DNA from: an uncultured Megasphaera sp.
Lineage (GTDB): Bacteria > Bacillota > Negativicutes > Veillonellales > Megasphaeraceae
Length of the DNA: 64,000 bases
NCBI GenBank assembly: GCA_964507845.1
Contig: CAZDQW010000001.1
Location: forward strand, 76,702-140,701
Direction: 5' to 3'
How positions within the stretch are numbered: position 1 is the first letter of the stretch; each line of letters opens with the position of its first letter. Positions 9,292 through 17,384 of the stretch are shown in pieces. The notes below the pieces were generated by a model that saw only the letters and a program-made list of their open reading frames with translations, did no database searches and was not told the origin of the DNA. Made by a program: the position numbers and the translations under genes.

Positions 9292-10188
9292 ATGACGCGA
9301 TGTATGTTGATCATCAACCCGACAGCCGGACGCGAACGGGCAAAATACCATAAAGAGCCTTTGAAAAAACAATTGGAAACCATGTTTGACGACGTTGAGC
9401 TGCGGCAGACGGAAAAAGCCGGCGACGCAACAAACTGGGCGGCCGAGGCTTCATTTAATAACTACGACGCCGTATTTTGCATGGGCGGCGACGGAACGCT
9501 CAACGAAACGATCAATGGCCTGGCCCATGCCAATAAATCGATTCACTTCGGATTTATCCCATTAGGAACAGTCAATGACCTGGCCCGGGCACTCCGCATC
9601 CCGCTTCAGCCGGAAGCTGCTATTGCGATGCTCCGGCGATGCAGGACAAGGAAAGTAGATATTGGCCGGGCCAATGACCGTTATTTCGTCAACACCATTG
9701 CCGCCGGCGTCATGCCCGAAGCAGTCGGCCACGTATCGATCGAGCAGAAAACCAGGCTGGGGCCTCTGGCTTATTTCTTGACCGGCATCAGGGCGCTGCA
9801 GAACAACAAAACATCCCTCTTTAAGCTTGAAACCGACGACGGGCAGATGATTTACCGGTCGTCCCTTCTCATCGTCATGCTGACCAATTCCATCGGCAGT
9901 TTTCGATGCATTGCTCCCCAAGCCCGTGCCGACGACGGCAAACTCTGGATTGCCGTATTCAAAGATTTTTCTTATCTGAACCTGTTCAAACTCATTCCGG
10001 AAATACTGGCCGGTATCCCCCTGAGCAGCGAATATATGACTCTCCTGACAACGACAAAAGCTAAAATATCTATTGCCGACGATGCGTTTCTTTCAACAAA
10101 TATGGACGGCGACAAAGGTCCTTCTTTTCCGCTGGATTTGGAAGTTCTGCCATCCTTTCTCACTGTCTATGTGCCCGATGAACAATAA
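9292..10188 (+). CDS. Diacylglycerol/lipid kinase family protein (YegS/BmrU)
   Basis: IINPTAG, GGDGTLNE, PLGTVNDLARAL and DGD motifs. Confidence 0.92.
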   Translation: MTRCMLIINPTAGRERAKYHKEPLKKQLETMFDDVELRQTEKAGDATNWAAEASFNNYDAVFCMGGDGTLNETINGLAHANKSIHFGFIPLGTVNDLARALRIPLQPEAAIAMLRRCRTRKVDIGRANDRYFVNTIAAGVMPEAVGHVSIEQKTRLGPLAYFLTGIRALQNNKTSLFKLETDDGQMIYRSSLLIVMLTNSIGSFRCIAPQARADDGKLWIAVFKDFSYLNLFKLIPEILAGIPLSSEYMTLLTTTKAKISIADDAFLSTNMDGDKGPSFPLDLEVLPSFLTVYVPDEQ

Positions 10189-10218
10189 AAACAGTCCTTT
10201 AAAAAAGGACTGTTTTTT
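10188..10218 (+). terminator. Bidirectional terminator
   Basis: AAAACAGTCCTTT/AAAGGACTGTTTT stem between convergent genes. Confidence 0.75.
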
Positions 10219-10349
10219 CTTTGCCCAATAGTTTGTCATATCGCTTCCTGCCAGCGCACTATATCCAAAGTCTGGAAGAAGCTGCAAAGGACACCCGGCA
10301 TACTGATAAAAATATGATTTTTATGATGCAGTTCGCGGAAAAACAAGAG

Positions 10350-11513
10350 TTACGGCAAGATAACTTTTTTAACTTCTTCGGCAGCCATCTGATATCCTCC
10401 ATGTTCCGCTTCGAGCATGTTAAGGTACATATACGAAAGCTGAGCGCCGGCATAATTGCGGAAATGGTTGAACGGCGCGCCGTTTAGATCGCTTTCAGAC
10501 ATGCCGTATTCTTGACGGGCAATTTTTTTCAGGAGAAGAACTGTTTTCTGCGCTGCCGGAGAAGATAAGACCCAATCATGATCGCCTAAGTGAACAATAT
10601 ATCCTTCCTGATGATGCGGCGCCGGAATCGTTTCTCCATCTTTCCCGACAAGTCCGTAGGAAACCGGATCTGTTCCGGCCATGATCGCTGCAGCTTTCAG
10701 CCAGGAGGCAACTTCGGCTTCTTCTTTTTTAGATGTCGGCGCACTGTGAGCGCATGCCTGCGCTACGATCTCTTCTGCAGGAAACCGGCGGTAGATGACT
10801 TCCGCCAATGCAATAACGTGATGCGCGCCCTGGCCGGCAATCGTATATTCCGTCAGCGACGATCCGTCGGCGTTCCATTGAAAGACAAAGGGCTTTGAAA
10901 TATCATGCAAAGCTTGCGCCGCAACGGCAATATCCCTGTTTACGGAATAGCAAAAGACGTCTTCATACGTCCGGCATATATAATCCGTAATATGCATGTT
11001 GCAGTTTACATGAGTCGCCAGCCCTCCGGGATACGGATGATGGCTGCCGTATCCGCTGCCGGGAGCCGTTTTAAATTCCTGAACCGTGCCGCTGAACGGC
11101 GGTAATAAATGAGCTTCGTCTATTTTCGACGTATCCACCAAACGCCGGGCAGCCAGTGCGGAATATACGCGGCGTATAGACGACGGCGACGTATATTCCT
11201 GCATAAACGTCGGCACTGGATTTTTTAAAAGATCAAGGACAGATTGACGAAGGCTCCTGTCTGTAATGGTACCGGATAATTTTACGATGTTGTCGAAAGA
11301 CGATTGCACCAGCGGTGAAGCTTGAGCAGCAGCAACGGCATTTTTAGGGATATTTCTGAAAGAAACAGGTTTTACGGTACGTTTTGCTGTACTCAGATTA
11401 CGGGCAAAAGACAAAGAAGGCATGGAAAACAAAGCCGCGCTTACGGCAGAACCTGCAGCCAGTTTCAAAAAACTGCGTCTGGAAAAGGCATGTTCCGATA
11501 ATTGAGACATCAT
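10350..11513 (-). CDS. Tat-exported HD-domain metal-dependent hydrolase, substrate unknown
   Basis: Exact twin-arginine motif SRRSFLK, hydrophobic stretch and SFA cleavage site. HHPYPGGLATH, LHD, AHH, CAH and GDHD metal-ligand motifs. Confidence 0.78.
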   Translation of the reverse strand: MMSQLSEHAFSRRSFLKLAAGSAVSAALFSMPSLSFARNLSTAKRTVKPVSFRNIPKNAVAAAQASPLVQSSFDNIVKLSGTITDRSLRQSVLDLLKNPVPTFMQEYTSPSSIRRVYSALAARRLVDTSKIDEAHLLPPFSGTVQEFKTAPGSGYGSHHPYPGGLATHVNCNMHITDYICRTYEDVFCYSVNRDIAVAAQALHDISKPFVFQWNADGSSLTEYTIAGQGAHHVIALAEVIYRRFPAEEIVAQACAHSAPTSKKEEAEVASWLKAAAIMAGTDPVSYGLVGKDGETIPAPHHQEGYIVHLGDHDWVLSSPAAQKTVLLLKKIARQEYGMSESDLNGAPFNHFRNYAGAQLSYMYLNMLEAEHGGYQMAAEEVKKVILP

Positions 11514-11841
11514 ATAGTGCTCCTCTCTTTTTATCTAAAAGATAATCCGCTTACTTTATGGTAATGTTTTATTGTATATGTTTTGTATAATTTATGTATA
11601 ATTTATGAAATTTATTATTCCATGCAATAAAGAAAAATGCTTTGCTCTGCAGAAGCCGGATAAAATCTTCCCGTTGTTATCAATAAATTGTACTGTTTAG
11701 AAACAAGATAATATTGCTTTTGCTTTGGGTTTTTGTATAATGCCCGATATCTGATTCTGTGTTTTTTACCCTGCTTTATCTCGTTTTCTATTACATACAT
11801 TGCATATATTTCATACGTCCCAGACGTTTGTTTTATACAAT

Positions 11842-11859
11842 GTCGTCAAAACGTCGTCA
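11842..11859. repeat. 7-bp direct repeat GTCGTCA x2 at 11-bp spacing (integrase arm-site-like)
   Basis: tGTCGTCAaaacGTCGTCAc at 11841-11860. The att/arm-site interpretation is inference. Confidence 0.45.
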
Positions 11860-11860
11860 C

Positions 11861-11888
11861 AAAAAAAGAGCCGGTTTTTACCGGCTCT
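11861..11888 (-). terminator. Terminator overlapping the stop of the 11878 gene
   Basis: AGAGCCGG/CCGGCTCT stem followed by U7 on the minus strand. Confidence 0.7.
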
Positions 11889-12519
11889 CGTCTTTTATTT
11901 CTTTGATGTCAAAATCTAATTTAATTTGTTCAGGTCTTTTCTGTAGTTCAAGAACTTTGGTAACAATATATTCACGGGAAAGCGAATCACCTTTCATTTT
12001 TTGATGAATGTAATATCTGATACGCAACATATCCCCATTAGTAAAAGACACATTGCCTTGCTCAACTTTAGACAAAAATTTTTCATCTTCAATTTTAGCC
12101 CAGAAAGTATTATTCCCGTCCGTTAATCGCCATTTATTCCCTTTTTCAAACGTAATGGATGTTATCTTAACGGTTATTTCCTGCTCTGTGGATGTTTCTT
12201 CCCGTTCAACAGATTCTACAGGTGGGGCTTTGAAATAATGAACATCCTCTTTAGTAATAGATTCAATCGGCTTTTTATCTTGTGGGCAATCTGGATTTCT
12301 TAATTCAAACGACTCAATACCTTCACCTTTCAATGGCATTAATACCTTTTCAATAGACTTACGGCAATCAGCATACAAATACACTTTCATGATATTTTTC
12401 GTCGTAATAACGATTTCCCCGTCTTCTAAATGAAGCTTAATTTTATTTTCTTTAGTTTCAACAGCATTGATTTCCCTGCCCCGAATCCATTTAATAAGTG
12501 AAAAAATACCTCCAGCAGT
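11878..12519 (-). pseudogene. 5'-truncated AT-rich hypothetical gene (prophage/island accessory type)
   Basis: The frame stays open 43 codons upstream of the ATG at 12390 (TAGGIFSLIKWIRGREINAVETKENKIKLHLEDGEIVITTKNI) to a TGA at 12520-12522, with no ATG/GTG/TTG in that stretch. Visibly AT-richer than its neighbours. Confidence 0.6.
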
Positions 12520-12675
12520 TCATTGAGAGTTTCCTCTACGCTACCTCATATAGGCTTTAGCCTGCGTAAAAACTGTCGAATATTTTAGAATTGATAAAAG
12601 AAAAAGACGGATACAAGCTCGACATGTTTCAAGCCTTTACCGTCTATCATCACCATCGATAAATAACTACCAATG

Positions 12676-12718
12676 TACTCAGCCCTCTGTCAACAAAATG
12701 CTGACAGAGGGCTGAGTA
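12676..12718. repeat. Perfect 17-bp inverted repeat (9-nt loop) without U-tract
   Basis: TACTCAGCCCTCTGTCA-acaaaatgc-TGACAGAGGGCTGAGTA. Confidence 0.85.
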
Positions 12719-12854
12719 ATACTGTGCTGGTGAACTGCCGCTTAGCAAAAGCGAACATATATGCGGAATTTTACCAAGAATATTTTTTGTGTGTTAGACC
12801 TTTTTTTGGTATAATAAATATAACGTATGCAAATACTATGAAAGGTGACATTAT

Positions 12855-13787
12855 ATGAATTTATTTTACATTATTTCCAGCCAGCTCTTTCAGTTTTTTA
12901 TCATGATGGTTTGCGGATATATTGCTGCAAAAAAAGGAATCTTGTCCCGATCCACTTTGGACGCACTGTCTAAAGTTATTATCGGACTGCTTTTGCCTAT
13001 ATTGATTTTTGCCAATGCCATGAACGGAACGACCCGGCAGATTTTATTTGACAGTTATCAGATTATCTTGCTGGGAATAGGATTATATGGCGGCCTTATT
13101 GTATTTCAGGCCGTTGTGGCTCGTATCCTCCGCCTGAAAGGAAATCACAGCCGCATTTACCAGGCAACGATGATATACGGAAACGTCGGTTTTCTCGGCA
13201 TTCCCTTACTATCAGCAGCCTTTCCCGGACACGGCGGCATTTATATCGCGTTGTTCAGCATTGTCGATCAGCTTGTTTTATGGACATACGGCATCTATTT
13301 GACGACGCCGGGCGAGGAAAAAGCATCGTTTCAGTGGCGGAGTTTTATCAATCCGGCGGTGTTTGCCATCTTACTGGCGCTGGTACTGATTCTTCTCGGA
13401 ATATCTTTGCCCGGACTACTGGAAACGTCGCTCCTTACAGTAGGCCGGGCGGCAACACCGTTGTCTCTCATTTACTTAGGCGGGCTTATTTATTATGTTG
13501 ATTGGTCCGTTGCCGCAAAATCGAAAGATTTATACGTCGGCATAGCGACGAAAATGCTGATATATCCTTTAGTATTTTTTGAAATTGTCCATCGGCTCTG
13601 CGATGATTTGATGATGGTGCAGGCCCTCACGCTTATTGGCGCTTTGCCGACGATGGCGGCTATCGCCATGTTTGCTCAATCAAAGCGCAATTACGGAGAT
13701 TATGCGTTGAGCATGGTTTTGCTGACGACGGTCGCCAGCCTGCTATCTATGACTATCGTTTCCTATTTAATTTTCAACGTTTTGTAA
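12855..13787 (+). CDS. AEC-family (auxin efflux carrier / malate permease) transporter
   Basis: LLLPILIF, YGNVGFLGIPL, NPAVFA, PLSLIYLG and LPTMA motifs. About 10 TM helices. Confidence 0.9.
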   Translation: MNLFYIISSQLFQFFIMMVCGYIAAKKGILSRSTLDALSKVIIGLLLPILIFANAMNGTTRQILFDSYQIILLGIGLYGGLIVFQAVVARILRLKGNHSRIYQATMIYGNVGFLGIPLLSAAFPGHGGIYIALFSIVDQLVLWTYGIYLTTPGEEKASFQWRSFINPAVFAILLALVLILLGISLPGLLETSLLTVGRAATPLSLIYLGGLIYYVDWSVAAKSKDLYVGIATKMLIYPLVFFEIVHRLCDDLMMVQALTLIGALPTMAAIAMFAQSKRNYGDYALSMVLLTTVASLLSMTIVSYLIFNVL

Positions 13788-13795
13788 CTGTTACC

Positions 13796-13833
13796 AAAAA
13801 AAGCCTCATCAGTATACAGATGAGGCTTTTTTT
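13796..13833 (+). terminator. Intrinsic terminator
   Basis: AAGCCTCATC/GATGAGGCTT stem followed by T-tract. Confidence 0.8.
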
Positions 13834-13870
13834 ACATGCGGAATAAATAGGCATATTAAAGAAAAATATA

Positions 13871-13899
13871 TTGACAATTAAAAATATTATCTATATATT
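13871..13899 (+). promoter_or_regulatory. Sigma70/A promoter of the crotonase-CoA transferase operon
   Basis: TTGACA (13871) - 17 nt - TATATT (13894). Confidence 0.7.
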
Positions 13900-14032
13900 T
13901 TAAGTATAACTAACTTGCGGAAATAAAAACAAAAAACTGCTGGATACCTGCCGAACTTCCTTACTGCCGGGTTCGTATATTGCAGGCAGAACAGCCATAC
14001 AGCAGGATGTTGCAGCGAAAGGAGGTCTAAAA

Positions 14033-14827
14033 ATGGATTTACAAAAAGTGTTGTACACAGTGGAAAACGGTATTGCTGTTATTACAATGAATTACATGAA
14101 AAATCTTAATGCCATTGACGAGCAGATGGCGGAAGAACTATTGTATGTTCTTCGCACGGCAGACCAGGATCCAGATGTACGGGTCGTCCTGTTGAAAGGT
14201 GCGGAAAAAGCTTTTTCCGCCGGCGGAGATATCGGTTATTTTTATCAGCTCATCCAAGCCGGCGGCGAAATCAATATGGATAGCCTCATCCGTAAAGTCG
14301 ATTCTGTTGCCGACGAGATGCGCAAGATGAAAAAAATCATCATAACGTCGGTCAGCGGAGCGGCCGCCGGCGCAGGCGCAAGCCTGGCATTCAACGGCGA
14401 TTTTCTGATTTGCTCTGAAAACGCCAAATTTATTCTGGCCTTTGTCAATTTGGGCCTAGTGCCTGACACGGGCGTTACCTACCTGCTGACGAAAATGATC
14501 GGCCCTATGCGGACGATGGAACTGGCAGCGACAGGCCGTCCTGTCAGTGCGGAAGAAGCAAAAAATCTCGGATTGGTTTACAAAATAGTGCCGGCGGAAG
14601 AATTAGAGGAAACGGCAATAAATTTTGCCCGAAAACTATGTGCAGGTCCTTTACTTTCGTACGCAAACATCAAAAAACAGGTATATGCCGCAGCGTATGC
14701 CGATTACAAAAAATGGCTTGAGGAGACGGAAGTTCCGACGCAGCGCGCATGCTCATCATCCCACGATTTTCAGGAAGGCTGCAAAGCGTTCATGGAAAAA
14801 AGAAAACCAGTTTTCCAGGGAAAATAA
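14033..14827 (+). CDS. Crotonase-superfamily enoyl-CoA hydratase/isomerase (PaaG-like)
   Basis: AFSAGGDI oxyanion loop, GAAAGAG, AFVNLGLVPDTG, C-terminal DFQEGCKAFMEKRKPVFQG. Confidence 0.88.
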   Translation: MDLQKVLYTVENGIAVITMNYMKNLNAIDEQMAEELLYVLRTADQDPDVRVVLLKGAEKAFSAGGDIGYFYQLIQAGGEINMDSLIRKVDSVADEMRKMKKIIITSVSGAAAGAGASLAFNGDFLICSENAKFILAFVNLGLVPDTGVTYLLTKMIGPMRTMELAATGRPVSAEEAKNLGLVYKIVPAEELEETAINFARKLCAGPLLSYANIKKQVYAAAYADYKKWLEETEVPTQRACSSSHDFQEGCKAFMEKRKPVFQGK

Positions 14828-14859
14828 CTGCGTGGCGCTCATAAAAAGGAGGGATTGCT

Positions 14860-15600
14860 TTGCGGCAGAAAGTTGTAACAAAAGCAGAAGCGCTGGAAAA
14901 AATACACGACGGACAGACAATTATGTTCGGCGATTGGCACGGCGAGCTTGCTCCTGATGAAATAATCGACGGAATGCTGGAAAAAGGAATAAAAAATATC
15001 TGCGCAATTTCTGTTTCAGGAGGTATGCCGGATCAAGGCGTAGGAAAACTCATTGCGGCCAAACGGGTCAGCCGGTTAATTACTACGCATATCGGCCTGA
15101 ATCCCCTGGCAAAAGAGCAGATGTTTGCCGGTGAGCTGGATGTGGAATTCGTCCCCATGGGGACATGGATTGAACGCATTCGGTGCGGCGGCGCCGGACT
15201 CGGCGGCTTCCTTACGCCGACAGGCATCGGCACGGATGTGGAAAAAGGAAAACAGAAAATTACCGTCAACGGCAAGGAATATTTGCTTGAACTGCCGCTA
15301 CGGGCCGATGTAGCCCTCGTCAAAGCGACAAAAGCCGACAGAGCCGGCAATATTTATTTCCGCATGAATTCACGGGCAACAAACAGCACCATTGCCTTGG
15401 CGGCAGACATAGTCATTGCCGAAGTGGAAGAACTCGTCGAAGTAGGCGAGTTAGGCCCGGAAGAAATTGATGTCCCTGCGCCCATCATCGACATGGTGTA
15501 TGTGAGAAACGGAGAAAAACGGCCATTATATCCGATGTGGCAGCGGGCGAAAGCCAAGGCAGAAGCAAAAATCAAAAAATCGGAAGGAGGCGGAGAGTGA
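14860..15600 (+). CDS. Family I CoA-transferase subunit A (AtoD/CtfA-like)
   Basis: DGQTIMFG, TTHIGLNP, ERIRCGGAGLGGFLTPTGIGT, ADVALVKA. TTG start. Confidence 0.9.
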   Translation: MRQKVVTKAEALEKIHDGQTIMFGDWHGELAPDEIIDGMLEKGIKNICAISVSGGMPDQGVGKLIAAKRVSRLITTHIGLNPLAKEQMFAGELDVEFVPMGTWIERIRCGGAGLGGFLTPTGIGTDVEKGKQKITVNGKEYLLELPLRADVALVKATKADRAGNIYFRMNSRATNSTIALAADIVIAEVEELVEVGELGPEEIDVPAPIIDMVYVRNGEKRPLYPMWQRAKAKAEAKIKKSEGGGE

Positions 15601-16259
15601 TGGCGGCGCTGACGGGACGGGCGCTTATTGCGTCGCGGTGCGCAAAATTTTTTAAAGACGGTGATTTTATAAATTTAGGCATCGGCGTGCCTCTTATGTG
15701 CGTCAATTATCTCCCTGACGGCGTGCACGTTTGGCTGGAAGCAGAAATCGGCACAGTCGGCAGCGGCGCTACGCCGTCGTGGGACGACGCCGATATCGAC
15801 GTTATCGATGCCGGCGGCCAGCCTGCTTCTATCATTGCCGGCGGTAGCGTATATGACCACGATATGTCCTTCGCTTTTATCCGCGGCGGTCATATTGACG
15901 CGACCGTTCTCGGCACGCTTCAGGTAGATCAGGAAGGAAATATTGCCAATTGGACGATCCCGGGAATATTCGTTCCCGGCATGGGCGGCGCCATGGATCT
16001 GTGCGCCGGCGTAAAACGGATTATCGTTGCGACAGATCACTGTGAAAAAAACGGTACGTCAAAAATACTCAAAAAATGCACCCTTCCTTTGACGGGCGCA
16101 AAGTGCGTTACCGATATTGTAACGGAACGCTGTTATTTTGAAGTCTCGCCGGAAGGTCTTGTTTTGCGGGAAATCGCTCCGGGATATACGGTAGAAGATA
16201 TTCTGGCCTCAACGGAAGCCGATGTCATCATACCTGACGAAATCGGCGTTATGGAATAA
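15600..16259 (+). CDS. Family I CoA-transferase subunit B (AtoA/CtfB-like)
   Basis: INLGIGVP, catalytic Glu in EAEIG, RGGHIDATVLGTLQVD, GMGGAMDL, CTLPLTG. Confidence 0.9.
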   Translation: MAALTGRALIASRCAKFFKDGDFINLGIGVPLMCVNYLPDGVHVWLEAEIGTVGSGATPSWDDADIDVIDAGGQPASIIAGGSVYDHDMSFAFIRGGHIDATVLGTLQVDQEGNIANWTIPGIFVPGMGGAMDLCAGVKRIIVATDHCEKNGTSKILKKCTLPLTGAKCVTDIVTERCYFEVSPEGLVLREIAPGYTVEDILASTEADVIIPDEIGVME

Positions 16260-16622
16260 ACTGCATAAATACCAATTCGGCCTTTTCATGTCCTGCACGG
16301 ATTACAGGAATACCATGGAAAGGCCTTTTTATATCATTCTATTTTTCCGCTCAGCAATACGAGTATCTCCTGTAATATAGAAACGCCTCCTTATGCTGCA
16401 CAGTCTGCCGGTATTTCCCTTCCCTGCAGCCATTTCCAAAAATTTAGGAGCACCGGAAACAGGTCTTAATTACGAATTATCTTCTATCTTTATCTGCAGC
16501 GGAAAACACCGGATATACGATGGGCATGATTTTTCCCCTTCAGTATTAATATATTTCTTAATCCGTGGTATAATGAGTATCGCCTTATATCATGTTACAC
16601 TTACGCTATAAAGGGGGATATT

Positions 16623-17330
16623 ATGTATTTCAAGGTAGAACCGGCTATTTTCCAATGTTTGCCGACATTATATATCGGTGTTGTCGCGGCAGACGGCGTG
16701 AATAATCAGAAAGCGTATCCCGCTGTCGAAGCCATGCTGGCAGAAGCCGTAGAAAAAGCGCAGACAAAGTTTGCTGACATGTCTGTCAAAAAAATGCAGG
16801 AAATCATACCGTACCGCGAAGCATTCCGCGCAGTCGGCTTAAACCCAAACCGGTTTCCGTGCTCCGTAGAAGCTATGTTTTCCCGTATAGTGAAAGGAAA
16901 AGGACTTCCTCATATCAATCCGCTCGTCGATTTGAATAACGCCCTGTCATTAAACCACGTCATCCCGATGGGAACGCACGACCTATCCCGTTCTGATGCA
17001 GATATCGAAATGCGGTATGCTTCAGAGGGGGATACATTTATTCCTTTCGGTTCCGAACAGAAAGAACCTGTTGACGCCGGCGAAGTCGTTTATGCCGTAG
17101 GACATGAAGTAAGAACGAGGCGCTGGACCTGGAGACAAAGCGAATGCGGGAAAATTACGGAACAGACAAGCCGCGTATTTTTTCCTATTGACGGATTTTC
17201 CGATATCAATAAGGATCAAGTAGACGCCGTATGCGCAGAACTGACTGATATATTAACATGCACTTTTGGCTGCCGCACCGTTTCCGGATATGTTGACGCA
17301 GCCCACCCTTCTTTCCGCCTGGATATATGA
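16623..17330 (+). CDS. Stand-alone B3/4-domain protein (PheRS-beta editing domain; candidate trans-editing deacylase)
   Basis: YREAFRAVGLNPNRFPCSVEAM, LPHINPLVDLNNALS, PMGTHDL, RRWTWRQS. Extended -10 TGGTATAAT upstream. Confidence 0.85.
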   Translation: MYFKVEPAIFQCLPTLYIGVVAADGVNNQKAYPAVEAMLAEAVEKAQTKFADMSVKKMQEIIPYREAFRAVGLNPNRFPCSVEAMFSRIVKGKGLPHINPLVDLNNALSLNHVIPMGTHDLSRSDADIEMRYASEGDTFIPFGSEQKEPVDAGEVVYAVGHEVRTRRWTWRQSECGKITEQTSRVFFPIDGFSDINKDQVDAVCAELTDILTCTFGCRTVSGYVDAAHPSFRLDI

Positions 17331-17384
17331 TATAAGATGCGGCAATATTTTTTATCTTAAATTCTGTGTTTGAAGAAGGTGTTA

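Noticed and set aside
11615-11800. 61-aa ORF in the AT-rich interval
   Set aside because: No SD, no motif; overlaps the probable promoter region of the Tat-HD gene.
16440-16530. Short minus-strand ORF MPIVYPVFSAADKDRR with a weak SD
   Set aside because: 16 codons with no supporting features; cannot be distinguished from chance.
16575-16622. Guanidine riboswitch, often found upstream of B3/4 genes
   Set aside because: Leader after the extended -10 is only about 45 nt and shows no guanidine-I to IV motif.
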